Assembly: GCF_006345805.1 (NCBI RefSeq)
Contig: NC_043016.1
Location: 29,822,001-29,886,000, forward strand
DNA length: 64,000 nucleotides
Reading direction: 5' to 3'
Source: Octopus sinensis
Lineage: Eukaryota
Shown here: positions 1 to 11,695 of the stretch, one piece after another
Position numbering within the stretch: position 1 is the stretch's first letter
Layout: each line of letters starts with the position of its first letter
Translations under genes and position numbers: made by a program
The notes under the pieces: model-generated
Told to the model about the DNA's origin: nothing
What the model saw: the letters and a program-made list of their open reading frames with translations, nothing else
Databases searched by the model: none

Positions 1-537
1 ACACACCACAAAAATGGTAAATGGTTTATGGTACATATGTTTCAAAGCATGTGTATGTGAACATATGTATACACACACTCTTCACACAGGTTTGTATAGT
101 TAGTAATTCTACTTTGCAACCACATTTCCATGTTCAGTCCTGCCGAGTGGAACCTTGGGTAAGTGCTGTCTCTTTTAGCCCTCAGGTTGACCAATACTTG
201 GTGAGTGGAATTTGGTAGATGGAAACGGAACAGAGTCTGTGAAACATCCTCTTTTATCACCACCATTGCAATAGTTCTAACATCTACTTTTATATGCTTG
301 CATAGGGATGATGGAATTCCTTCAGGTACATTATCTATGGGTGGATGTCCTTCTTGTCGTCAATCCACATCCGCTTCCAAAAACAGTAATATTTCCTTAT
401 GATCAGAGATCTTTTCACAGATGATTGCAAACAAGGGCTGTCAATTGTATGACAGCTATGCTTGTTATAACTATCATGCAAGCACACAATTATACATACA
501 TGTATGTATAAACAGGCTTCTTTCATCTTCCATGTAC

Positions 538-588
<51 letters not shown>

Positions 589-686
589 GTATATACATGA
601 AGAAACATTCAATACATAATGAGTGTATCTCTTTAGGTAATGGGGGTTGATGCCTATGAACATCCCTGAACAGAAAATATTACAGT

Positions 687-921
687 ATTGAAGGTGGTGA
701 GCTGGCAGAAACGTTAGCATGCCGGGCAAAATGCTTAGCAGTATTTCGTCTGCTGTTACGTTCTGAGTTCAAATTCCACCGAGGTAGACTTTGCCTTTCA
801 TCCTTTCGGGGTCGATAAATTAAGTACCAGTTACGCACTGGGGTCGATGTAATCGACTTAATCCCTTTGTCTGTCCTTGTTTGTCCCCTGTGTGTAGCCC
901 CTTGTGGGCAATAAAGAAATA
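687..921 (+). mobile_element. SINE family A copy (ggcggcgagctggcagaaacgttagc...cctttcatcctttcggggtcgataaattaagtacc...aaagaaata)
   Basis: More than ten related copies in the window. B-box-like gagttcaaattcc. 15-bp target-site duplication agaaaa(t/c)attacagt at 672-686 and 922-936. The central block resembles the Meta-type SINE domain (from memory, unverified). Confidence 0.85.
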
Positions 922-1029
922 AGAAAACATTACAGTTCTCCCTTCATATCATATAGTAGTATAAGGAGAGATTTGGTTACTATTTCAAGCTTCTTCAATA
1001 GCGTTGTTCGTACAACATATCTGCAGAAT

Positions 1030-1905
1030 AAAGCAGCAAACTGGCAGAATCGTTAGCGGGCTGGACAAAATGCTAAGCAGTATTTCATCTGCTGCTACAT
1101 TCTGAGTTCAAATTCTGCCAAGGTCGACTTTGCCTTTCATCCTTTTGGGGTTGATAAATTAAGTACCAGTTGAACATGGTTCGATCTAATCAACTACCCA
1201 CTCCCTCCCAAAAAATTTTGGGCCTTGTGCCTAGAGTAAAAATTATTATTATTATTATTAACCCTTTCGTTACTGTATTTATCTTGAAATGCTCTGTGTT
1301 TCTTTAAATTACTTTAAATATAACAAAGAATTTAGTAAAATAACTTGGTTATCATTAAGCTAGTGCTAGGAACATAAAATGTGACTAAGGTTTGGTGGAA
1401 GATTTTAATTCAAAACTTATGGAAACAAAACATTTGTACTCAGAACCAGAGCCGGTTTCAGCCGGGTTGGTAACGAAAGGGTTAAGGTAGCAACCTGGCA
1501 AGATGCTTAACAGCATTTCATCTGTCTTTATGTTCTGAGTTCAAATTCCACTGAGACTGATTTTGCCTTTCATCCTTTCGAGGTCGATAAATTTAGTACC
1601 AGTTACGTACTGGGGTTGATATAATCGACTGCCCCCCCCCTCCCCAAATATTTCAGGCCTTGTGCCTAGAGTAGAAAAGATTATTATTATTATTATGATT
1701 ATCATTATTATTATTAAGGTAGCAACCTGGCAAGATGCTTAAAAGCATTTCATCTGTCTTTATGTTCTGAGTTCAAATTCCACTGAGATCAACTTTGCCT
1801 TTCATCCTTTTGGGATCGATAAAGTACCAGTTGAGCACTGGCAGTCAATGTAATCGACCAGCCAGCCCACTCTCTCAAACTTGCTGGCCTCGTTCCTAAA
1901 TTTGA
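1030..1905 (+). mobile_element. Cluster of three family-A-related SINE copies (about 1030-1250, 1486-1715, 1717-1905) separated by (TTA)n tails
   Basis: Repeated ttctgagttcaaattcc...gcctttcatcctt...gataaa...gtaccag blocks. Confidence 0.75.
1262..1481. mobile_element. piggyBac-type MITE, 220 bp
   Basis: Perfect 12-bp TIR ccctttcgttac/gtaacgaaaggg flanked by TTAA on both sides (1258-1261, 1482-1485). Confidence 0.9.
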
Positions 1906-2032
1906 AACCAATATATCTGCAGAATGTCACCTCAGGTCACATTCTGCTTCTAGAAAAGGCAACTTTATATCACTCACAGCTAAAAACAACTCACAGAGAA
2001 TGAGAGCAACAGAAGAAGCCAGCGTCAATACC

Positions 2033-2239
2033 TATTTCTTTATTACCCACAAGGGGCTAAACACAGAGGGGACAAACAAGGACAGACACAGGTATTAAGT
2101 CGATTACATCAACCCCAGTGCGTATCTGGTACTTAATTTATCGACCCCGAAAGGATGAAAGGCAAAGTCGACCTCGGCGGAATTTGAACTCACAACGTAA
2201 CGCAGGCGAAATACCGCTAAGCATTTCTGCCAGCTCGCC
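2033..2239 (-). mobile_element. SINE family A copy with a small internal deletion
   Basis: Reverse complement of the 687-921 family. Perfect 15-bp TSD gccagcgtcaatacc at 2018-2032 and 2240-2254. Confidence 0.9.
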
Positions 2240-2344
2240 GCCAGCGTCAATACCACAATACCTTGAACCAGTACAATAGCAATGAGGGTAAGTAAATAAA
2301 CAATTTACTTAGCAAGCCACTCCTTTAAAACCACATACCTACAA

Positions 2345-2540
2345 TTATAAACTGACCATATCTGGCCCAATTATTCTATCTGCTTTGTGTTCAAATAAGC
2401 TAGACCAAGCTAATCATAGCCACCCTACAATGTCATTCTAAAAATATACAAACACATCATTTTGAAACCTTGATTAATTCAAAACAATGTGAATAAATAA
2501 GCATCACGTTTGACAGAGTAATCTGAATGCTAAAGGGTTA
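2345..2540. mobile_element. Partial piggyBac-type MITE (same family as 57419-57638, about 59467-59680 and about 63158-63370)
   Basis: Ends in gctaaagggTTAA and shares the internal acaatgtcattctaa and gattaattcaaaa..atgtgaataaataagc blocks with the other copies. Confidence 0.7.
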
Positions 2541-3679
2541 AAGGTGGCTTTACTGAGGAGTTTTACAAATGAATTTCTCTCAAACTACTACAACAAGACT
2601 TCTTACACACATGCTCATTCAGCCAAATCTCAATTCGCTATCGTATTATAAAGATAGGGACACACAGAATAATATAATGCAGTGTGTTATCTACTAGATC
2701 AAAATTAGCCAGGTGTCAACAACAACTGGTGCTGCAGCATGGCCACAGTCAAATAGCTGAAACAAGTAAAAGAATAAAGAAATGTATATATATATATGTC
2801 ATTGAGTAGAAGTAACAGAGTGACTCAAGGTCTGATAGTTTTGTGTGTTGGCACTTATCAAAAACACAAAACTTAGGATGCTGAAGACTGTAAACATCAA
2901 CGTTCATTTTAAAGAACTTCCAAGTTGACAATGGAAAAGAATTCCAGATGGATGGAGGCAACAAGGGAGGGGTGGAGGGACAGTAGTGTTGAAGAGGGGA
3001 GTGATGGATGGGATCAGAAGGTGGGGGTGATGGTGGTGCTAATGCACTACTAGCTAAGTTCAAGGAACAGAGGCCGCCAAAGAAACAGTAGAAAGGACAG
3101 AATGAGAAAACAGTAGTTTAAGTGTATTGGTAAATAACACCAGGTCAGTTGCTCAGGACAAGATTTTTGCAAATGTAACATTACTAACAAGGTCACAGAT
3201 GTGGGAAGAATGTTCTATCAAGGGTCTTGGATATCTGTGTATTTGTTGCAGCAGTGTTGTTCCACATGTGAGAGTAGTACCCCACTGAAGGTCTAAGATG
3301 TTTGTGCATATGTGTGTTGCAGTTCTGCCGTTCCAAATGCAAGAGAAGCACTCCATTGAGAGTCTAGGACAAATGGTTACCAATCAGGGTCCATATGCTA
3401 CCCCAACTCCGAAGAGGGGGAGGGGGTTTCATATAAGATATTTCTGTTAAAATTTATGTGCAATGAAATTGCATATACTTCTACAGTATACAAAATATTA
3501 ACTTAGAAGCAGCGCTGCAGATGTGCCAACATACATGAGCTTGAGACATGGCTGCCCTTCTCATGAAGAATTCCAGAAGGAGCTTCGTGAGACCACTGCA
3601 GAGATGCTTCCCGGAAAAAGAAAAAATTTCAGTAACCGTTGACAAACCGATTATAGCAGAGACTCAATCGATTCCTAGC

Positions 3680-3724
3680 GATATCTGAAGAAGGAATTTT
3701 TATATTCCGAAATATTGTTATATC
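3680..3724 (+). ncRNA. Minimal type I hammerhead ribozyme motif (Penelope pseudo-LTR type)
   Basis: Stem I GAUAU/AUAUC; core CUGAAGA plus an extra A; stem II GGAAU/AUUCC with a 6-nt loop; GAAA; short stem III (A-U, U-G); GUU cleavage triplet at 3717-3719. Confidence 0.7.
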
Positions 3725-5049
3725 AGACAATGGATAATTAAATTATAGCAGTTATTATAGTCCACTCTGCATTGTTGTGCCATTAAAGACATGTTATATT
3801 TCACAAACAAAATATTAAAATTTTAATATAATTCCTAATAATACAGTAAGATATTTTTTTATATATATACAGTGACCAACTATAGAGTTCCAGCAGAGTA
3901 AAATAGAAATCAAAGGGTCCATAGGGATCTATATCTAATAATGACTTCTGATTTAAACACAAGGCCATCAATGTTGAGAAAATGTGGGCGTTTACTTAAT
4001 AACACATACCTCAGAGCTTGACTAGTATTTCACTAACTCTGAAAAGATGAAAAGTAAAATTTATGTTGGTGGGATTTGAACTTGGAATGTTTCTTTCACT
4101 GCTTTCACAGATTCCTTATCACTCTCTGTTGCCATCCAATTCCATCCGTTGTTATGAATTTGAACTGGGAGCTTGAGTCATCGTGAATCTGATTACACAA
4201 CCATAGACACCACCCCTACGGATGCATTGCAGTTACTCTCTCTCTCTTGATAGAGATTGGTGATCCTGACTGTTGATCTTCTAGGATTCCACTGCTCAGC
4301 ATCAATTGTTGGCTCAGTGGAACTCTTCTGCTACCTCTTCACAATCCACCATGCTTCAGTCCATGACTTCATTATATCCCTGGCTGGGTGGCTGAATGGG
4401 TGCTATACCTTGCCAAAGGGCAACCCATAAGTATGCAGGACATGATCGTCATTCAGAATGTAAAGAGCTGAAATACTGCAAGATATTTTCCTAAAGCTCT
4501 AATGATACTGTCAAGTCAATGAAATCTAAAGATACAATGAAATAATTACTAAAACCGTATAGGGTAAACTATTGATTATATCAAATACCATCAATAATTT
4601 CAGGCTAACCAAAGCTTTGTGAGAAGCCTATAGTAAATGTGTGTATGTGCGTGTCTTTGTTCCCCTTACCACCCAACAACTGGTGTTGGTTTGTTTATGT
4701 CCCCGTAACCCAGCAGTTTGACAAAAGGGACTGATAGAATAAGTGCTAGACTTAAAATAAAAGTCCTGGGGTTCATCTGTTCGACTAAAAAAAACCTTCA
4801 AGACAGTACCCCAGTATGGCTAAAACAAGTAAAAGATAAGATAGATTTTGTGCCATGAGGAGAGCTCAGTTCTGATATTTCAGATGGTGCTCTTTTTCAA
4901 AGTAACAAGGGAACTTAGTCCCTCCTCATAGTGCGAAAATTTATCCTATTTTACAAGTCAAAACAATTAAATGCCCTTTCTTTGTGTGTGTGTGCACATG
5001 TACATATATATATATATATATATATAATCAAAAAAAAAATCAAAACAAA

Positions 5050-5400
5050 TCAAAATAGATGAACATCAATGGAATTTGTATCTTTGTGGTACCAGTGCTG
5101 GTGGCACACAAGAAACCATCCGAACGTGGCCGTAGCCAGTACCGCATCGACTGCCTCTGTGCTGTGGCACGTAACAAACACCATCCGATCGTGGCCGTTC
5201 GCCAGCCTCATCTGGCACCTGTGTCGGTGGCACATAAAATCACCCACTACACTCTCGGAGTGGTTGGCGTTAGGAAGGGCATCCAGCTGTAGAAACACTG
5301 CCAGATCTGACTGGCCTGGTGCAGCCTTCGAGCTCCCCAGACCCCAGTTGAACCGTCCAACCCATGCTAGCATGGAAAGTGGATGTTAAATGATGATGAT
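5050..5400 (+). mobile_element. SINE/LINE-tail repeat family F (ggaagggcatccagctgtagaaac...ccgtccaacccatgctagc...(ATG)n)
   Basis: The same tail recurs at about 17600-17820, 23960-24130, 43415-43550 and 52880-53010 (+), and about 34880-35070, 41440-41650 and 50280-50460 (-). Confidence 0.8.
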
Positions 5401-5733
5401 ATAAGAGAAGAAAATGGATATAATAACAATGGGAAACTCATGGTTTACACTGGCATGTCTTTAATTAAATAGGTAACAAAGAAGTAAGAAGCAGAGATGA
5501 GAGTGGCATTTATGATCGTTTCAATTTACTGGAGTAAGTAAATCTCTTCAGAGTGCGAGTATAGATAGATGCATCGGTTAGGATGCGAAAATGATTGATA
5601 CCTATGTGATGGTAATGTAAACAAAGTGGTAATTCTCACCGGCACACACACATATATATATACATAAACATGACACCAAAAGAAACTTTCTACACACATA
5701 ACATTTAAAAAGAATGATGAAAATCATTGTTAC

Positions 5734-5926
5734 CTGTATCATTCTCCATAATTGGAGAATTAACAGCATGCAAGGACTTGCGTGCTTGCTTTTCCAATGA
5801 AGCCTGTTGTTTGGCTAGTTGCTCCACCATCTCCTCTAGCTTAAGTCTCTGCTCGTGTTCATTCTGCAGTAATTTTTGCCATCGCTTGCCAAGGTTTTGG
5901 GCAAGCTTCAAGTACTGAGAACAAGC
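5734..5926 (-). CDS. OSBP: OSBP exon: ACSQYLKLAQNLGKRWQKLLQNEHEQRLKLEEMVEQLAKQQASLEKQARKSLHAVNSPIMENDT(G), coiled-coil/dimerisation region
   Basis: Continues in frame (phase 0) from ...NAMLN. Resembles human OSBP ACRDFLMLAQTHSKKWQKSLQYERDQRIRLEETLEQLAKQHNHLE. Acceptor ttttccAG, donor GTAACA at 5733. 193 nt. Confidence 0.94.
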
Positions 5927-7876
5927 CTGGAAAATAGCAAAAACGAAATTTACTTTAAAAGTTGCACAGAGAAACTGAATCTTAAAATAAATCTTATAGT
6001 CTTGTAAATCAGCAACTTTAAAAAGGAGAGGAAAAAAAATAATAAAAAGAAGCACTCCTTCTCAAAACTAAACATTGTTGGGATTTAAACTTGAAAGAAT
6101 TAATATTTGAAATTATGCTTGAGATATGCTTTTTTCTTCAAGGGTTCACAGAGTCTACACAAAACAGCATTTCATTACAAATCTAAGTCTTTTGCTATCT
6201 CGTTGTGACCTCGTGTACAGAGGCCTGATATCACATCCATAAAACATGTACTCTTTAAATATACTCTTTTTTAATTATATGAGTTATCCAAACAATAATA
6301 TAATGAATGAAATATAAAGTGCAGATGAGGCTGTGTGGTTAAGAAACTAGCTCAACAATGTGGTTTCAGGTTCAGTCCCACTGTGTAGCACCATGGACAA
6401 ATGTCTTCTCTATCTCTGAGCTGGCCAAAGCCTTGTGAGTGGATTTGGTGGACAGAAACTGAAAGAAGCTTGTTGCATGGTGCATAACAATGTCTTGACA
6501 TAATATGAAGGTTATAAATAAGCATCACCCTCAAACAAATGATATTTATTTCCAGTCGACCACTGTAAAAAACAGGTTTAGCCAATGGGGGGGATGCATC
6601 TTAATTGGAAACAGGTAAAGGTTGCCAACAGGAAGTGCATCTGGCTTTAGAAAATCTGCCACAACAAATTCCATCTGACCCATGCAAACATGAAAAAGTG
6701 GACATTAGAACGATGATGATGACTGCAATGACCTTATCCAACACAACAATATATAGAACCATATACAAGCAAACAGCTGGTTGTAATCACCTTGATGTTT
6801 TGTAAAGAGAAACAAAATAATTCAGCTGATATTTCTACAGAATTTGACTGTGTTTTAAATTGTAAACAAGTTGATAGTGTAAATATGGTTAATGAAAGAA
6901 ATGGCATGGACAAAATCAGTTTTATATATAATTACACTCATAGTTTATATGTGTATTTATCATTCTTAGCTAAAAATAGCTTCAACTTTCTAATAAGCAG
7001 GAGTAAATCATCAACAAAAGCGAAATTAATTTATTAATAAAAATCAAAAACCCATACTTGGTTTTGTTAGAACTTTAAAAAATATATCCAAGTCTAATGG
7101 CTTCAATACATCATAGTTCAACAAGTGCAGATGTAGCTGTGTGGTTAGAAGTTTGCTTCTCAACCACACGGTTTTGGGTTAAGTCCCATTGCATAACACC
7201 TTGGACAAATGTCTTCTATTCATTCTCAAAAGCCTTGTGGATTTGGTAGACAGGGACTGAAAGACCACTGTATACATGTGTGTGCGTGCTTGTGCATAAG
7301 AGAGTGACTGTCCCCTTGTCTTGACATCACACAAAAGTTTCACTGTAGTACAAGTGGTGTACTTTGTTTCCAATCATCCGTGAAAACATGTCTGGTCATG
7401 GGGAGATGTTTCCTTACTTGGAAACTGCTGAAGGTTGGCAACATGAAGGGCATCTGGCCATAGAAAATCTGCTTCAGCAACTTCATGCATCCTATGTGAA
7501 CATGGAAAAGTGGACACTAAAATGATGATTATATACACACAGGCACACTGATTCAATCAAAGCGATAATAAAGTTACCTATGAACTAAATTTGTCTGCCT
7601 GTCTGAATATCTTTCTATCCGTCTATATATATATGCATTATAATTATCAAGTGAAATTATTAGTTCATAGCAAACAAGCTGTTTGTCAGAATGTCTGACA
7701 ACAATTTCCCAAGATAAGATGTTACTAACTGTGATAAACATCATTATCAAGAGATAATTACGACAGAGTTTAATTTATTCCATTCCATTTTCTATCGAAT
7801 TATGTCACATTGTTGGATTTCTATTAGTGATGTTCATGCATCTGCCAATCCCATAAAAGAACCGTTTCTTAACATA

Positions 7877-8210
7877 GGCGCAGGAGTAGCTGTATGGTAA
7901 GTAGCTTGCTTACCGACCACATGGTTCAGGGTTCAGTCCCACTACGTGGCACTTTGGGCAAGTGTCTTCTACTATAGCCTCGGACTGACCAAAGCCCTGT
8001 GAGTGGATTTGGTAGATGGAAACTGAAAGAAGCCCATCGTATATATGTATATATATGTATGTGTGTGTATGTGTGTCTGTGTTTAAACTCCCAACATCGC
8101 TTGACAACCGATGCTGGTGTGTTTATGTCCCCGTTACTTAGCGGTTCGGCAAAAGACGCTGATAGAATAAGTACTAGGCTTACAAAGAATAAGTGTTGGG
8201 GTCAATTCGC
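7877..8210 (+). mobile_element. SINE family B (tRNA-like head, CORE-like ggcaccttgggcaagtgtctt block, internal (TA)/(TG) microsatellite)
   Basis: Many copies: about 4620-4830, 6320-6720, 7130-7530, 14310-14700, 19205-19570, 24890-25200 and 48320-48610 (+); about 20170-20345, 27590-28010, 33350-33700, 42630-42890 and 53040-53290 (-). Confidence 0.85.
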
Positions 8211-9140
8211 TCGACTAAAGGTGGTGCTCCAGCATGGCCACAGTCAAATGACTGAAACAAGTAAAAGAGTATATACAAAGTACTGCTTTATTATCTTAAC
8301 AGAATGCGGTAGTTTATGCTTAGTTTTCAGAGCATTTACCTAAAAGATTTAAAGCATCCATGAAGTAGCCCAACTGGTTTTAGGTGGAGAGATTAGATTA
8401 ATAAATGAACTGAGATTATAGGTTTTTTTTCTCTTTTCTTAACTGAATTATGGATTAAAATTAACACTTTAGATTCCATTATACAGTTTATATTTTGGGG
8501 GAAACAGCTCAAGAAGTGTTATGATGAACCATTTCAAATATCACCTCTGGAAACATGGGTGCTTTGTTCAACATCCTTAAACAAACCATATTTGGGAACC
8601 TTTTGAGCAGAATGGGCTACTCAACTTGAAAAAAAATTCCAAGTGGGTCCCACCTGCATGGTCATGCGCACATGGTTGTGATTCATGTGCCTGGTGTACC
8701 CTTATCAGACATGCAGTCATGTTGGGTATATTGAGCCTCATATATTTGTACCACAGTGGCATGCACTGCTCTTTCACTCAATAATGTTTTTTAATTTTGG
8801 CACAAGGTGATTTTGAGGGGAAGGAAAGCCGAAAACCTCCCATCCCCCAAATGGTCAACTGAGACTAATTTTGCTCAACCCCCCCACAAATAACATGAAA
8901 GGTAGAGCAGACCTCGGCGGTGTTTGAACTCTGAAAGTAAAGAGCCGGAAGAAATGCCACTAACCATTTTGTACGACGTGCTAACGATTCTGCCAGCTCA
9001 CCGCCTTAATAACGGTTTCAAATTTTGGTACAAATTGAGGAGCGGGCGGGGTAAGTTGATTATATTGAGCCCACTGCTTGATCCCGAAAGGACCAAAGGC
9101 AAAGTTGAATAATAATAATAATAATAACAATAATAATAAT

Positions 9141-9433
9141 GTCGATAGATATGACAGGTTAGCTTGGGAGGTTAAGCAGTTGTGGTCGATGAAAAAGGTG
9201 GTGGTAGCACCAATAATTGTCGGAGCCCTGGGAACAGTGAGTAAAAATCTTGAGAAGTACATGGAAGGAAAAGGGGTTGCAATAAGGGTGGAGCGTCTGC
9301 AGAAAACAGCACTGCTTGGAAACGCTCGAATACTCCGAGTGGCGATCGGAAAATAAGGGGTGTTACCATAGTTTACTGGTAGTGAACAGCTGGCACCGTA
9401 GTACATCTCCAGCGGTAGAAGCTGTGCAAAGAC
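9141..9433 (+). mobile_element. 3' end of an R4/Dong-like (restriction-like endonuclease) non-LTR retrotransposon, 5'-truncated
   Basis: The open frame VDRYDRLAWEVKQLWSMKKVVVAPIIVGALGTVSKNLEKYMEGKGVAIRVERLQKTALLGNARILRVAIGK* matches the typical R4-clade C-terminus (KY..L..E...LW...V.V.P.V.GALG....LQK..LLG.A.ILR). Flanked by (AAT)n at 9108-9140 and AAT-rich sequence at 9434-9451. Confidence 0.8.
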
Positions 9434-9559
9434 AATAAATAGTAATAATAACCATTTCTACTAAATGCATAAGGTCTCAAAAGAAGACCGAATTTTCAGT
9501 AGAAACTGAAAACGCTAACAAGTAGTTGTCATGAATAATTTTTACAACAGCAACCAGCT

Positions 9560-11263
9560 GATTGGAATTAACACAAGTACTAATTGTAGTAGTAATAGTA
9601 GCAAAAAACAGGAAAAGGCTGCATGAACATAGGAGCAAGGCGGCGGTGGCAGTGGTCACGGTTGTACAAGGTGTGTTGTTGGCAAAGCAACTAACTAGTC
9701 AGCTAGTCTGTCTCCCATTCGGAGTCGAAATATGTTATTCAACTTTTGAACTACATATCTTAATGATTTGCAAACACACGTACACAGCCATCAATGAATA
9801 AATAATTAATAACTACGGATTAATTCGTTCTCATATCAATAGAGTGGTTCACTGGAGATAGAAGAAAAGCACAGCTGGTGTGCTTGTCAGATACGTTCGT
9901 CCGGCTGCAAACCACAGTAGCTCACTCGCCGCTCTGCTTTGTAGAACAAATTCAGCTAGACAAAAAAAAACCCCTCTATCTGTGACATTGTGTAGAAGTA
10001 AAAATAAAAATATGATGTAATAAGGACCTAACATTATGGCATAAACAATTATCAAGACATGTCAAATCTAGATACTAAACTAAATGCCAAAGAAACGTGT
10101 TTTTCACTCAGTAATTCTTCCGGCAGTGTATGAGGTAACACGCACTAATTCACTGCTGGTGTCAAAATAGAACTCTATAAAGGAAAGCTATTGTGGTGGT
10201 AGTGGTAGTGAGGTGGTGTTATTGAATTATTAGAAATATTTTAAACTAGTTTCATGTCGAAACATTCATTCTTGGCATTAACATTCCCGAATAGTAATGA
10301 ATAACGAAACAGTAATTTGAAACTACCACGAGTTGTGATAACGACCGCTAGTTTTCGGCGACCCGGGATCGCAAACCGAATTCAATTCCACAGCTGGAAC
10401 TGTATCTATCACCTGTAATAATTGCCAATGTTCTTAGCAGGTACGAACATCACAACGTCACACAAACACTCCTCTATAAGACCAGGGAGAACAAGTGAGT
10501 GTGTATACAAGAGGAGTTTTGGCATAGCTATCACAAACCGAACACCTAGATTTTGTAATTTAAAATGTATTACATAAAAATTATTCAAATAAAATATTGT
10601 GACAACGGCAACGGAGATATAATAATCTAAAAGCAAGGAAAGGAAAAATAAAAGCCCATATTTCTTATGTCCATACATATGTCTTTGACACGATGCTAAC
10701 CAATGACCTAAACTAGCCAATAAACATGCAACACAATGATGATGATAATTGTTCATTTTTGAAAGACAAGGGTAGAATTCAGAACACAAAGACAGATTAA
10801 CTTTCTAGCAACTTCTCTAAATAACATCTGACAATCTGATTTATGGAGCTAAATATAAAATCTTTGGTTGTAGAATAATAGAAGATAATATACAAAATAT
10901 ATAGCAGGTGGTTTGTTGAGAAAACAAGCCATTTGTGTCAAACTCCCTCTCCCCGCCACGCACACACACAAAATCAAATCATTCATATATCTTCACCATA
11001 AATTATGTACTTTAGTCAAAATGTTTTAAATAACAACACTGGGGAATATTCGAATGTATATATGCATATATATGTTGTTAATTATGTGGCTTCAAGTTTG
11101 TTTATTACGGTGTCTAATTAGACGAAAGGATCCCTAATTATGACATGTCTTTGTACAATCGTTGGATAATAAAACCTACACTGCTAATACGAAACTACTT
11201 TCTGAGATATCAATGACATACTAAATAATAATAGTGAGAAAAACACAATGTCCGTCCCGAGAG

Positions 11264-11320
<57 letters not shown>

Positions 11321-11659
11321 ACATGTGTGTGTGTAAATACGTGGAATTTGTTTTCACTTGTATGTATGTATATGCATATATACATATACACACACATTCA
11401 TACATAATTACGTAGCTATATATAAGTTGTGAGCAAACTTAACAACGATGGTAAGATAAAAGTTGAAGTTTTCGTTAAAAAAGCTGGCATGACAAATAAA
11501 TAAAAATTCAAGATTTGAAAATCCCACCGACCCCCACACAGATACCTCAAAAAAAAAAAAAAAGAGAAAGAAAGAAAAGCTAAAATATCTCTGCTGTACG
11601 ATCTGTATCTATCATAGACACGCTGGCATGGGACGTGTGTGTGTGTGTGTGTATATATA

Positions 11660-11695
<36 letters not shown>

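Noticed and set aside
3050-4440. Higher-complexity stretches at about 3150-3400 and 4100-4440 (also about 41620-42140)
   Set aside because: Probably old TE fragments, but I could not assign a family or a credible reading frame.
5050-5389. Three overlapping ORFs of 77-107 aa
   Set aside because: They lie within a multicopy SINE/LINE-tail repeat that is GC-richer than background; no recognisable protein.
1-5733. Expected next OSBP exon with the FFAT motif (EFFDA)
   Set aside because: No matching coding sequence found; it presumably lies left of the window.
9078-9356. 92-aa ORF with a poly-Asn tract
   Set aside because: It is a chance fusion of a SINE fragment, an (AAT)n microsatellite and a retrotransposon C-terminus, not a host gene.
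10409-10789. 126-aa minus-strand ORF ending at a possible donor (CAG|GTGATA at 10413) as a coding alternative first exon of OSBP
   Set aside because: The ORF frame reaches the donor in phase 2, but the next exon needs phase 0; the phase-0 frame has a stop a few codons upstream.
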